Shown here: positions 55,660 to 64,000 of the stretch, one piece after another | Layout: each line of letters opens with the position of its first letter | How positions within the stretch are numbered: position 1 is the stretch's first letter | Origin: Phage NC-B | Sequence record: MK310183 | Length of the DNA stretch: 64,000 nt | Direction: 5' to 3' (one strand) | Notes under the pieces: generated by a model | Told to the model about the DNA's origin: nothing | Databases searched by the model: none | What the model saw: only the letters and a program-made list of their open reading frames with translations | Made by a program: the position numbers and the translations under genes

Positions 55660-55890
55660 TTAACCACCAATATTAGTCACTTGAACATCAAATACAGGGA
55701 TAACTTCATGATGTTCCTGTAACTGGAATAGTGTTCCCTGACGAAGACCAACCACACGATGCATATCATTCAGGCAGGTGTCTGTCTTTAGATAGAGGTG
55801 TTCAGAGTTAGTTGGTAGACGGAATACATCACCCGGACGTAGATCGCTGAGTTTTTTAGTAACAACTAAAGATGGGAGATTAATTTTCAT
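55660..55890 (-). CDS. Hypothetical small protein, PGDVF paralog family
   Basis: Motif LSDLRPGDVFRLPTNSEHLYLK, C-terminal VIPVFDV; TAATG coupling. Confidence 0.45.
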   Translation of the reverse strand: MKINLPSLVVTKKLSDLRPGDVFRLPTNSEHLYLKTDTCLNDMHRVVGLRQGTLFQLQEHHEVIPVFDVQVTNIGG

Positions 55891-56078
55891 TTGATTAACA
55901 CCAAATCAGTACGACGTTCGAAGGAAGGGGAGGATTCACCATTCCACTGAACAAGATAACAGAGAACACCATCAATCGTTGTTCTCCGACGGATAACACC
56001 TGTAACAGTTCCACCAACAAGGCGAACGGTGTCGCCAACGGTAAATTTAACTTTTGAGCGCATCTCCTGTTTCCTCAT
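55887..56078 (-). CDS. Hypothetical small protein
   Basis: Internal ATG chosen; start uncertain (track 56216 overlaps upstream gene). Confidence 0.25.
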   Translation of the reverse strand: MRKQEMRSKVKFTVGDTVRLVGGTVTGVIRRRTTIDGVLCYLVQWNGESSPSFERRTDLVLIK

Positions 56079-56352
56079 TCTGGCGTTTAATTTCTTCAGT
56101 GAGTTGCTTATTAAGATCTTGAATACGCTTAATCTCCCAACCCAAAGAAGCCAAACGATCGTTACGTGCTTCGATTTGTTCCTGCATTTTAAGTAATTTG
56201 GAACGAACATCAGCATTAAAAACTTCTTCTTGCTTAAGAAGGAACTCGTAACGACGCTTCCAGCTTGCTGATTTATTTCTTAAAATAATAAATCCTAGAG
56301 TAGAAACAGTTACAGTGAGTACGAAAAGGAACTTATAAACCTCTAAAGACAT
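56047..56352 (-). CDS. Membrane-anchored coiled-coil protein
   Basis: AAGAGGA RBS; N-terminal TM helix then charged coiled coil; 101 aa. Confidence 0.45.
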   Translation of the reverse strand: MSLEVYKFLFVLTVTVSTLGFIILRNKSASWKRRYEFLLKQEEVFNADVRSKLLKMQEQIEARNDRLASLGWEIKRIQDLNKQLTEEIKRQNEETGDALKS

Positions 56353-56553
56353 ATCTTTATCCTCTTAAAGTAAGATATTATAAGAAATATTATTTAGAAT
56401 TTATTATTTCTAAACTTAATTCCTATCAATAATTTTCAGAGGTCTATATACAGTCATTACCTCTGGTCCCAAATCACTTCCACTTTTTACAGAGAAAATC
56501 ATAAGTGTGTGATTTATAAGGGAATTTAGTTTGTCAATCTTGGCACCTATGAA

Positions 56554-56940
56554 TCAGTCACGGGCACTATTATTGAACACTAAATCACCACAATACATTG
56601 GATTGGTATACCACTTTGGCACCCCTTCGCTCTTACTTTGAAAGTATGTACCACTGTACAAAGGCACATAATCTTTCTTCAGTGCACGTCTTGCAAGCCG
56701 CTCGCTCTCTCTGATTGACTTCTTCGTCAGAGGGTTATCATCACGAATTAGCTTTACATAACGCTTAAAAGGTTTCTCCTTCTTTAATAAGACGGGTATC
56801 CACTCGAACTGGTTTCGTTGTTTTATAACCTGCTCGGCAGTCAGTTTTCGTTGTGACATTCTGTTTATTACGGTATCCGCTACTAATGCTTTGCAAGCGG
56901 TTGGCTGATTCCCTGCCTCATAATAAATAGTCAATGTCAA
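56554..56940 (-). CDS. Cell-wall hydrolase, SleB/CwlJ (Hydrolase_2)-like
   Basis: Motif IYYEAGNQPTACKALVADTVINRMS...QFEW resembles Hydrolase_2 N-terminal signature; only TTG start available upstream of motif. Confidence 0.4.
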   Translation of the reverse strand: MTLTIYYEAGNQPTACKALVADTVINRMSQRKLTAEQVIKQRNQFEWIPVLLKKEKPFKRYVKLIRDDNPLTKKSIRESERLARRALKKDYVPLYSGTYFQSKSEGVPKWYTNPMYCGDLVFNNSARD

Positions 56941-56990
56941 AAGTAGCTGTGCTGTCGTTATCAGAACTTACTACCCCCTGTTTTACGGGC

Positions 56991-57018
56991 ATAAAAAAGC
57001 CCCATCCGAAGACGGGGC
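56991..57018 (-). terminator. Terminator-like hairpin 1 of 3
   Basis: Minus-strand GC-rich hairpin followed by TTTTTTAT. Confidence 0.4.
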
Positions 57019-57071
57019 GACCTGAAAGAGTGAACATGACCTCACTCATTTAAGAATCCTCGTAAAGACTC

Positions 57072-57098
57072 TTAAAAAAGAGGCCTCGTTAAAGGCCC
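57072..57098 (-). terminator. Terminator-like hairpin 2 of 3
   Basis: GGCCT...AGGCC hairpin followed on minus strand by TTTTTT. Confidence 0.35.
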
Positions 57099-57175
57099 GG
57101 TCAAATGACCATCCAATAGGGATTGAACCATGCCAATGATTCACAAAGGGAGTTCCCTTTAGGCATCACTAGCTA

Positions 57176-57200
57176 CGCAAAAAGCCGCACAAAGGCGGCA
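57176..57200 (-). terminator. Terminator-like hairpin 3 of 3
   Basis: GCCGC-ACAAAG-GCGGC hairpin followed on minus strand by TTTTTG. Confidence 0.4.
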
Positions 57201-57255
57201 GACAAAGACGCTCAAGAAGAGCGTCATAGTAGTTGACCACTGGTACAGAAGGGGC

Positions 57256-57699
57256 TTACTTAACTCTTGCTGTTTTGATTGGGTCAATATATTTTTCAAC
57301 TCCCCACTTGTGTTTGCTATCAGCGTAGAAAACATCAGGTGCACATTGGCTAGTAGTAGGGAATGCTTTCGGCGGCTTAGTGCTACCTTTATTCTTCTGC
57401 TTACCTTTAGTGCGACCGTTGCAGAAGATTTCTAAACGCTTTTCTTGTTCCGTTTTCGCCGCCCCGTTGGTTAACAGAGAACGCTTGTGATCAGCAAGAA
57501 GAAGCGCATCAGCACGATGAACACGACGACCTAACACCTTCGCTACGGTAGAAGGTTTATGTTCTTGAGCGGCTTGTTTGATAGCTCTTCGTTTAAGGCT
57601 ACGTTTGCTAATATGGTTAACAGCGGCTGGCTTTTCTTTTTCTAGCTCACTCATAGAGAACACTCGTCCACCTTTCATGCTGATTTTAGATTTAGCCAT
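57256..57699 (-). CDS. Hypothetical basic protein
   Basis: AAAGGA RBS, ATG; 147 aa, Lys/Arg-rich. Confidence 0.45.
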   Translation of the reverse strand: MAKSKISMKGGRVFSMSELEKEKPAAVNHISKRSLKRRAIKQAAQEHKPSTVAKVLGRRVHRADALLLADHKRSLLTNGAAKTEQEKRLEIFCNGRTKGKQKNKGSTKPPKAFPTTSQCAPDVFYADSKHKWGVEKYIDPIKTARVK

Positions 57700-57769
57700 T
57701 TCTTTATTCCTTTCGCTGATAAATTATATCGTGCAAGCCTTACCACACAGCAAGGCTTAACCAAATAAC

Positions 57770-57979
57770 TCAATCAATTAAACTAAATGACTTCCAACTA
57801 CGTGTAATTGCTACACGTTCGCCATCAAAGAGAACACTTACAGAGATCAGTTTACCGCGACAACTGGATACCGTGGTAATTCGTCCGGTTAATGCCTTAC
57901 CTTTATTCAGGTAGTGATAGCGGACACGACGTCCTAACAAACGAGTAGCTTTCTTCTCTAACGTGCTTAAGCTGGTCAT
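57770..57979 (-). CDS. Hypothetical protein
   Basis: ATG; TAATG coupling; 69 aa. Confidence 0.4.
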   Translation of the reverse strand: MTSLSTLEKKATRLLGRRVRYHYLNKGKALTGRITTVSSCRGKLISVSVLFDGERVAITRSWKSFSLID

Positions 57980-58200
57980 TAAATAGCCCCTTTATATTGG
58001 AGTGATCTTACACGACGATACATAACAGTTGATGCACTAATCGCCGCTTGTTTTCTTTCGTGCTCATGCTGATTCTTTTTAATCTTATCCATCTCGGCAT
58101 CATTACGACGACGCTGTAGTATTCTGCTACATTTGCGATGGTTGTTATTAGCACGTGCTTTCTTACAGATAGGGCACAAATGGGATTGAGTTAAGATCAT
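57979..58200 (-). CDS. Hypothetical basic protein with CxxC motif
   Basis: ATG; CPICKK motif; 73 aa. Confidence 0.4.
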   Translation of the reverse strand: MILTQSHLCPICKKARANNNHRKCSRILQRRRNDAEMDKIKKNQHEHERKQAAISASTVMYRRVRSLQYKGAI

Positions 58201-58421
58201 TTGCGTAACCCCAGCTTACGAAGGAATCGGCCTAGCTTAGTTTCCTGCGTGATAGTGTAAGTAACAGAGTTTTCAATCAATGCTTGTTCTTGAATCGGCG
58301 ACGGATACCACTCGCCAGTAAGAATGCATTTGCATTCGATTCCGTATTTATCGGTTTTACGATAGGTCATGTTGTTGAGAATGTTACGATACATCTTAAC
58401 TTCTGTTTTCAGTTTTGGCAT
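58197..58421 (-). CDS. Hypothetical protein
   Basis: ATG; 74 aa. Confidence 0.4.
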   Translation of the reverse strand: MPKLKTEVKMYRNILNNMTYRKTDKYGIECKCILTGEWYPSPIQEQALIENSVTYTITQETKLGRFLRKLGLRK

Positions 58422-58528
58422 GGTGTTTATCTCTTTTTAGTTTCTTTGATTAGCACACTGAATCAATGCACTAGTAAAAGAAAAAGGCGCTACCCTTTCG
58501 AATAGCGCCTCATGTGTTTTATTGTTGG

Positions 58529-59431
58529 TTATGCTGCCAGTTGACGCGCTGCCATAATCTCAGCGGCTTTGCGCAATATTTCTTCTTCTTCCTGCGCAGC
58601 TTTCTCATTAGCTTTGACAGTTGAAGCATTTGAGATACGACCGCGAAGGTTAGACAATTTTTCAGTCATTTCATTGATCGCCTTTTCCATTTCATCGGCG
58701 TATGAGTCCAGAGATTCAAGCTCTTTAGTCGAGGCATTAATCAGGTAGTCATCACTGATAGATACAGTTGATGCGGTCACTTTCTTAAGGAGTGAATCAA
58801 AAGTTTTCTTAACTTTGCCTACTTCTTCACTCAATGCGATAGTGTTATCAGAAGATGCGCCATTGCGTTCATCTGCTAGTAATGCCGCTTCAATACGGAT
58901 TGCAGCCAGACGGTCAACCAGTGCATAAATATCCTGATTAAAGTTTTCGTTAACCTTCTGGTTGATCTGGTTTGCTACCGGAACGTTGTCGTTGCAACCT
59001 TTGTAGAATGCTGGGTTATCAACCTGCACGTCTTCACCTTTCGCAAAGCGTTCGAAGGAGTTAGACCAGCGGGCGCGGTTTTGTTCCATTTTGGCCTTAA
59101 CTTGTTCCGGTTTAGCATCTTCTTTAGCTTTCGCTTCACCTTCCAGATTAATCCATTTCTTCTTACCGTTCGCCCCGTCGCTGTTGTACTTGATAGGAGT
59201 GAGGAAAGAGATTGCAACTGCAATCACATCTAAATCACGGTAACGCTCAGTTAACAAGAAATCAACCGCCGCCTGCAATACATCCAGTTTCTTACCGTTG
59301 GTGCGGAAGTGCTGCAAATGGCCTAACAGGAAGTTAGAAACATCTTGTTTGATTGCCGCGTTGTTGCTACGAATGTTGTTAGCCAGTGCATTAAAGCCGG
59401 ATTCGTTAACCAGATTAAAAACTTTAGCCAT
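58529..59431 (-). CDS. Hypothetical coiled-coil protein
   Basis: ATG at 59431 with AAGGTG RBS (track start is GTG at 59440); 300 aa. Confidence 0.5.
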   Translation of the reverse strand: MAKVFNLVNESGFNALANNIRSNNAAIKQDVSNFLLGHLQHFRTNGKKLDVLQAAVDFLLTERYRDLDVIAVAISFLTPIKYNSDGANGKKKWINLEGEAKAKEDAKPEQVKAKMEQNRARWSNSFERFAKGEDVQVDNPAFYKGCNDNVPVANQINQKVNENFNQDIYALVDRLAAIRIEAALLADERNGASSDNTIALSEEVGKVKKTFDSLLKKVTASTVSISDDYLINASTKELESLDSYADEMEKAINEMTEKLSNLRGRISNASTVKANEKAAQEEEEILRKAAEIMAARQLAA

Positions 59432-60344
59432 GATATTCACCTTTCAATTGTAAACGCACTATGCGCCGCTCTCTATGAGCTATTCAAGTCACAATGACTT
59501 AACACTAATCACTAACTGCTAGTAACCAGTGGTAAATCAGGCGGTCTTATCAGGAGTTAACCTTGCCGCCTAACTTGCCGTGATGTTTCATCTGGTGGAT
59601 TCAACTAATCGCTATAAACAAAGCCGATTTGCCAGCGATGATCAATCATCACAATAAGGCAAGCGCGTCCATCTCTAATTAGCTAAATTTCTAGCCGATG
59701 GCATTACTATTTACTTTGCTTTCGCTTCGTGATACCCTTTTATATCAACTCTCTAAACCTGCTTATCGCCTACTAAGGGAAAGCATATGGTAAAGAGTCA
59801 TTGACCGCCTAACACTTTGGCGTTTGATTATCTCTCTCACGATTTACTACACTACATGTTTATGTACTCACATCGCTATTGATGTGTATCAAAACACTCA
59901 CTTAGTAAATACTCACGCTTAAACCTTATTGTTAAATAGCAATTTGCTACTCTTTAACCCCCTCCCGCCGCTCGCTATTGAGCGTTAATTCGTCGGATTT
60001 GACTACCCCGATAAACGTCTATTATTGTAGCACTTTACTAGCACCGCCGCCGCTACCCTTTAACCGTAGGCGATTAGCTTAAGCCTTGCATGTACTCAAT
60101 AACTTCATTTATCAGTGGTGTCGTTTCCAGTAAGGGATTGTAAAGCGGTTTCCTCTGATACTCTAGAGCGCCTTACATCGTTTTATCTGGCATAGCTTGC
60201 AATGGTTATTATTGCTCACCATGTTCAACCGATATAGGAAGAAGTTTAAATTGTTAAAGAGCGGTAAATCTATCGAAGTGCTTTCTCACTTCCCGCCACC
60301 GTTCGCCGTGGTTTCACGTTTCACTAGTTGCCTAGTGAGTGCTC

Positions 60345-60373
60345 ATTATGAATCATCCTGTTTAGCGTGTCAA
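60345..60373 (-). promoter_or_regulatory. Sigma70-like promoter P-A (-35 TTGACA, 17-bp spacer, -10 CATAAT)
   Basis: Read on minus strand; A-tract upstream of -35. Confidence 0.5.
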
Positions 60374-60512
60374 CCACTTTTTAAATCTTTTTCTCGTCTA
60401 TTCTTTCGAATGACCAGTTAATCGCGTATTGGATTAACAAGATTGTAAGCGGTTGCGCTTAACTTTCTGATTCGTATTTTTAAAGAGCGGTGTTTCTTAC
60501 TGCTTAGTGAAC

Positions 60513-60540
60513 ATTCTATCAGAACGTTTCACCTTGTCAA
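60513..60540 (-). promoter_or_regulatory. Sigma70-like promoter P-B (-35 TTGACA, 16-bp spacer, -10 TAGAAT)
   Basis: Read on minus strand; A-tract upstream of -35. Confidence 0.5.
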
Positions 60541-60672
60541 CTCTTTTTATCGTCTTCTTTTTATTCTCTTCCCTTATCTCGCGTGAATCTTTGCGAAAGG
60601 GCTAGACGATAAATTGTTAAAGAGCGGGGCACTAAGTGCCGGATGTTTTAGGTCATCGCTGACCATGTGCAC

Positions 60673-60700
60673 ATCTTATCATAGTGATTCGACGTGTCAA
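60673..60700 (-). promoter_or_regulatory. Sigma70-like promoter P-C (-35 TTGACA, 16-bp spacer, -10 TAAGAT)
   Basis: Read on minus strand; A-tract upstream of -35. Confidence 0.45.
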
Positions 60701-60761
60701 CAACTATTTTTCGATTAATGCATCTTGATAAACTAGCGACCATTAAGGCCGCTAACATACC

Positions 60762-60962
60762 TTAGTTCATACGTTTAAAGGTTAAATCTTTATCCGTACT
60801 TACCAGCGATAACACTGCAATAGCTTTGCCTTTATCGGCATCGGCTACCATCTCTTTTGCCTGCTGTAATGTACTACCGACTATTCTCATAATCATGTTA
60901 GTAACGTTAATGCTAGTGCAAGTGATTTGCGTGTCTTTGCTTGAGAAGGTGTAAATATTCAT
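60762..60962 (-). CDS. Hypothetical protein
   Basis: ATG at 60962 with GAGGA RBS (track start is TTG at 61001); 66 aa. Confidence 0.4.
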   Translation of the reverse strand: MNIYTFSSKDTQITCTSINVTNMIMRIVGSTLQQAKEMVADADKGKAIAVLSLVSTDKDLTFKRMN

Positions 60963-61322
60963 TGATAAATCCTCATTATGGCATGGTTGGGAGTTTATCA
61001 AGATACACTAATCAGATTCTTAAAGAGCAAGGCTAAACATCTAGCCTATCAGGAGGTAATTTACTGCGTCACGTCCTGACAAGATTCAATATACACTATC
61101 CTAAAACCGTTGCAAGCCTTTTTCTAAAATAATTTCACTTTCTTTTGTGTACAGAGGAACGCGCACACGAATAACATCAGGGGAGGAAGAAAACAAGCCC
61201 TATAATCGAAATCTAGGCACGTAGGAAGCATCCTAGCGAGCTAAACAGGGGCAAGATGTGCAATCACCTTAGAAATGAAAAAAGCGCCTCAAAAGGGCGC
61301 TTAGGGAAGTTTTACGGATTGT

Positions 61323-61649
61323 TTACGGATTAGTGCATGTGCCGTTACCGGATGATATTTCGTTCATCGACTCATCGAACAACGTCATGCTAGACCGCAT
61401 CATGTGATCAATAGTAATTTGTTTGCCTGTAGTTTCGTTAACAAGCATCGCATACTTGCCATCAACGACCTTGTTGTCGTAATCATTCAGGTCAATCAAT
61501 ACTACCTTGCTGGACTTCTTGCCAGTGTCGTAATTTTCCATAAGATAGGTGCATTGTAGGCCATCGAGATTAGCCTCATTGAACACGGCAGCATGAGATA
61601 CGGAAGAAATAGCGAACAAGGCAGCACATACAGCTAACTTAATTTTCAT
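61323..61649 (-). CDS. Secreted protein (signal peptide)
   Basis: ATG at 61649; N-terminus MKIKLAVCAALFAISSVSHA; 108 aa. Confidence 0.45.
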   Translation of the reverse strand: MKIKLAVCAALFAISSVSHAAVFNEANLDGLQCTYLMENYDTGKKSSKVVLIDLNDYDNKVVDGKYAMLVNETTGKQITIDHMMRSSMTLFDESMNEISSGNGTCTNP

Positions 61650-61741
61650 AATCCAACCCTCATAAGGAACGTGCAACAAAGAAAAACATGTCATAGATAA
61701 ATAACATGATACAGAAAGCAATAAGGCAATGCAAAAAGTAT

Positions 61742-62014
61742 TTATGAATCACCACTTACAACCTTATCTAGATAGTCATCAAAGGTTTCACAAATGGCTT
61801 GCACCTCGTCAACGTCCAATAGTAGGCCATTACGGGCAAAGAATTTGGCTAGCTCAAGATAATCCGCACCAATAAGCATAATACCAGTGAAGGCAATAAT
61901 TTTCATATCGCTAGGGGTGATCAATAACAAATTACCAACGTCAGCCATAGCGTCATAATTCAGCGTAACGCCTACACCGTAATTGTGTGTTTCAATAATG
62001 GCAATAGTTTCCAT
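61742..62014 (-). CDS. Hypothetical protein
   Basis: ATG; 90 aa acidic. Confidence 0.45.
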   Translation of the reverse strand: METIAIIETHNYGVGVTLNYDAMADVGNLLLITPSDMKIIAFTGIMLIGADYLELAKFFARNGLLLDVDEVQAICETFDDYLDKVVSGDS

Positions 62015-62016
62015 CG

Positions 62017-62265
62017 TTAATTATCCTCGACGGTTAATAGTTCTTCTAGTGACAAACCGGATTTAACCAGCAAATCACGATATTCGTTAGCATCCATCGG
62101 ATCGAGGCCGGACAATTGAGCGATGGTCATGCGTGCACGTAATGAAGATAAGGAAGCTAAAGCACGGATAGGAATCAATACAAGGCCATATTTACCACTG
62201 ATAACTAAATCACCATGCTGAATGCACATATAGGAATTTACTACGGTTGCGAATGATTCATTCAT
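62017..62265 (-). CDS. Hypothetical protein
   Basis: ATG; ATGA coupling with upstream gene; 82 aa. Confidence 0.45.
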   Translation of the reverse strand: MNESFATVVNSYMCIQHGDLVISGKYGLVLIPIRALASLSSLRARMTIAQLSGLDPMDANEYRDLLVKSGLSLEELLTVEDN

Positions 62266-63122
62266 TGGATAGCCTCACAATTAGCAAAGTTAATAAAGGT
62301 TGTATAAACTGCTACACCGTCATTGTAGGCAGTGGTAGCGAGTACAGTTTCACTCACATCACCATAACTAACGAGATTAGTCACGAACTGTAATTTCTCT
62401 TTCTCAACCTTCTGATACAGAGAATAAGTAACCATGTCATGATCACTATCAGCACGCTTTAAATTAATAACCGACTGAATGCCTGATTTCTCACCTAACG
62501 GGGTAAGAGTGACACGCACATCTTTTACGGTTACAGAGTTAAAATGCACCTTCCAGAATGAATCATTACCATCACTGCCAACGTCACGGCAAGCCATATC
62601 AGGAGCATTCTTAAACGTGCTAACAAAGGATTGCAGACCTGTAGAAAGAGAGTCTTTTGCCTGCACATTGGTAGCGATAGCACTAACACCGATAGCTGCA
62701 ACCAGTGCATAACTTGCAAGGTTGACAGACTTCATAATCTTACTTGCAATAGAAGGCTTGCTATCTTTCTTCTTGTTCTGAATAGCTTCAACCATAGCAG
62801 ACAAGCGGGCTAATACTGCGTTAACATCGCGGCAAGATTCAGGCCAATCCTTTTGAGTCCAACTATCTAAATTAGCCTGAATGTAACAGTTGATAGCATC
62901 TTGCATATCGGTAAAACCATTCTCTTTCATCGACTCTTTATCTTCACACTGTAAGGCGTTCGCGGTGGAATCAATGATAAGGCAAGCCAGAATGACAGAG
63001 TTTTTGAAGCTGGTACGAGCTTGCTGATTATCCATCCATTGAGAAGGCACACCAACGGAAAGACCTAACGAAGAAAGTACATCATTTGCTTGATTCAAGT
63101 ATTTAATTGCTAACTTTGACAT
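62262..63122 (-). CDS. Hypothetical protein (first gene of minus-strand block)
   Basis: AAAGGA RBS, ATG; 286 aa with internal hydrophobic segment. Confidence 0.5.
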   Translation of the reverse strand: MSKLAIKYLNQANDVLSSLGLSVGVPSQWMDNQQARTSFKNSVILACLIIDSTANALQCEDKESMKENGFTDMQDAINCYIQANLDSWTQKDWPESCRDVNAVLARLSAMVEAIQNKKKDSKPSIASKIMKSVNLASYALVAAIGVSAIATNVQAKDSLSTGLQSFVSTFKNAPDMACRDVGSDGNDSFWKVHFNSVTVKDVRVTLTPLGEKSGIQSVINLKRADSDHDMVTYSLYQKVEKEKLQFVTNLVSYGDVSETVLATTAYNDGVAVYTTFINFANCEAIQ

Positions 63123-63309
63123 TTCATTAATCCTTTCGGTTGATGTGAACTACAAACTACGATTGCAACTATATATTAAAGGAAAAACCTGTCAACTACT
63201 TATTTTCAAACTATTTCATAACTCACTGAATATAAAAGGAATTTAATTTACTAAACTTACTTGTTCAGAGATACAGCTTACCAAATAGATGTTATTTTAT
63301 AACACTTAC

Positions 63310-63410
63310 AGAACGGGTAGCAGACCAACGGGATAGATAGATGGGTAAGACGTGCCGCATAGGTTAGCCAATGGGTAAGAAGCCTAACGGGGAACGGGAA
63401 ACGGGTAGGG
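63310..63410. repeat. Iteron-like direct repeats, cluster 1 (5 copies of (A/C)(C/T)GGGTA(G/A)G)
   Basis: ACGGGTAGC, ACGGGATAG, ATGGGTAAG, ATGGGTAAG, ACGGGTAGG within 100 bp. Confidence 0.5.
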
Positions 63411-63413
63411 TAT

Positions 63414-63422
63414 AATGTAAGT
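63414..63422 (+). promoter_or_regulatory. Candidate promoter element (variant TAATGTAAG) pointing rightward out of the window
   Basis: TATAATGTAAG next to iteron cluster; divergent from minus-strand early genes. Confidence 0.3.
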
Positions 63423-63779
63423 TAGTTACAGGTAACAGGTCAGACCATGCGGTAATAAATTACCAGTCAAATTCCTACTCATCAAAAGAAAAAAGAAACG
63501 CTGAAAAAGAAAAAGATTAAAAGAATAAACATAATCATTATTAAAATAATAACTTAAGTAAACTAAATCCAGTCTAATGATACATACATCAATAATCCAC
63601 TCATGAAACATTAACATAGGTTATCACTATTAAACTTGGGGTAGTGTGAGGATTGATATAATTGCATAGTGTTACCATATGGTGATCGTTAATTACGTTA
63701 GGTTATTGTTAGCTAGATCATAGTGCCTTAACTAGATTGTTATCAGTGCTAGCCTTTCATCCCTTCTCAACATGAGTAA

Positions 63780-63900
63780 GAGAAATACGGGTAGGAAATC
63801 ACTGGTTAGATATACATGGGTAGATAATCAATGTCTAATATTAATGGGTAGGGTATTTATGGGTAGGCGTACCACTGAACGCAGGTAGGGCAGGGCTTAG
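63780..63900. repeat. Iteron-like direct repeats, cluster 2
   Basis: ACGGGTAGG, ATGGGTAGA, ATGGGTAGGG, ATGGGTAGG, CAGGTAGGG; AT-rich tract 63480-63600 separates the two clusters. Confidence 0.5.
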
Positions 63901-64000
63901 GGCTTAAAGGCTGATTGATTTCCTAAAGGCAATTGCATTGGTAATAACCCTTTTTTAAATGAGGACTCCCCCCCTTTTAGGAAACGCGCTCGGAGAGGCT

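Noticed and set aside
60240-61030. CRISPR-like array suggested by repeated TTAAAGAGCGG
   Set aside because: Repeat spacing is irregular (about 229, 135 and 404 bp) and the repeats are short and imperfect; better explained as promoter or regulatory units.
63426-63617. 63-aa minus-strand ORF in the AT-rich tract
   Set aside because: Lies in an extremely AT-rich low-complexity region between iteron clusters; translation is Phe/Leu/Asn-rich and looks non-coding.

Overview
This window reads as most of a tailed-phage genome, with two convergent transcription blocks. Positions 1-18334 (+ strand) carry late/virion genes: a tail fiber with a C-terminal intramolecular-chaperone domain, a GH24 lysozyme, an HxH-motif fibre protein, a 1006-aa protein with Big_2 Ig-like domains, a lytic transglycosylase, Q/N-rich paralogous internal proteins and a 1481-aa Ala/Glu/Lys-rich protein. 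Positions 18440-63122 (- strand) carry replication, nucleotide-metabolism and early genes: a T7-like primase-helicase, a T7-like DNA polymerase split into separate exonuclease and polymerase genes, EndoVII, a FEN-like exonuclease, an SSB-like protein, ThyX, dCTP deaminase, a thioredoxin-like protein, a Dps-like ferritin, PhoH, an ECF-like sigma factor, an overlapping spanin pair and one tRNA-Arg(UCU). The most unusual content is a ~10 kb cluster (39148-49217) of two amidoligase-family genes, an ATP-grasp ligase, an Ntn/GAT-II-like protein lacking the N-terminal Cys, and a gamma-glutamyl-cyclotransferase-like gene; its substrate cannot be read from sequence. Other candidates are a DUF2829 (Tad2-like) small protein, a 481-aa CCA-adding-enzyme-like nucleotidyltransferase, a family of at least six small paralogous proteins, three tandem sigma70-like promoters in an ORF-poor 1.9 kb region, and GGGTAGG-type iteron-like repeats flanking an AT-rich tract near the window end. 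A recurring TAATGTA(T/A)(A/G) motif upstream of several genes is a candidate phage-sigma promoter element; together with the encoded sigma factor this resembles phiEco32-like podophages, but that assignment is inference from memory. All calls rest on manual motif reading; no searches were run, and coordinates of features not taken from the ORF track may be off by a few bases.
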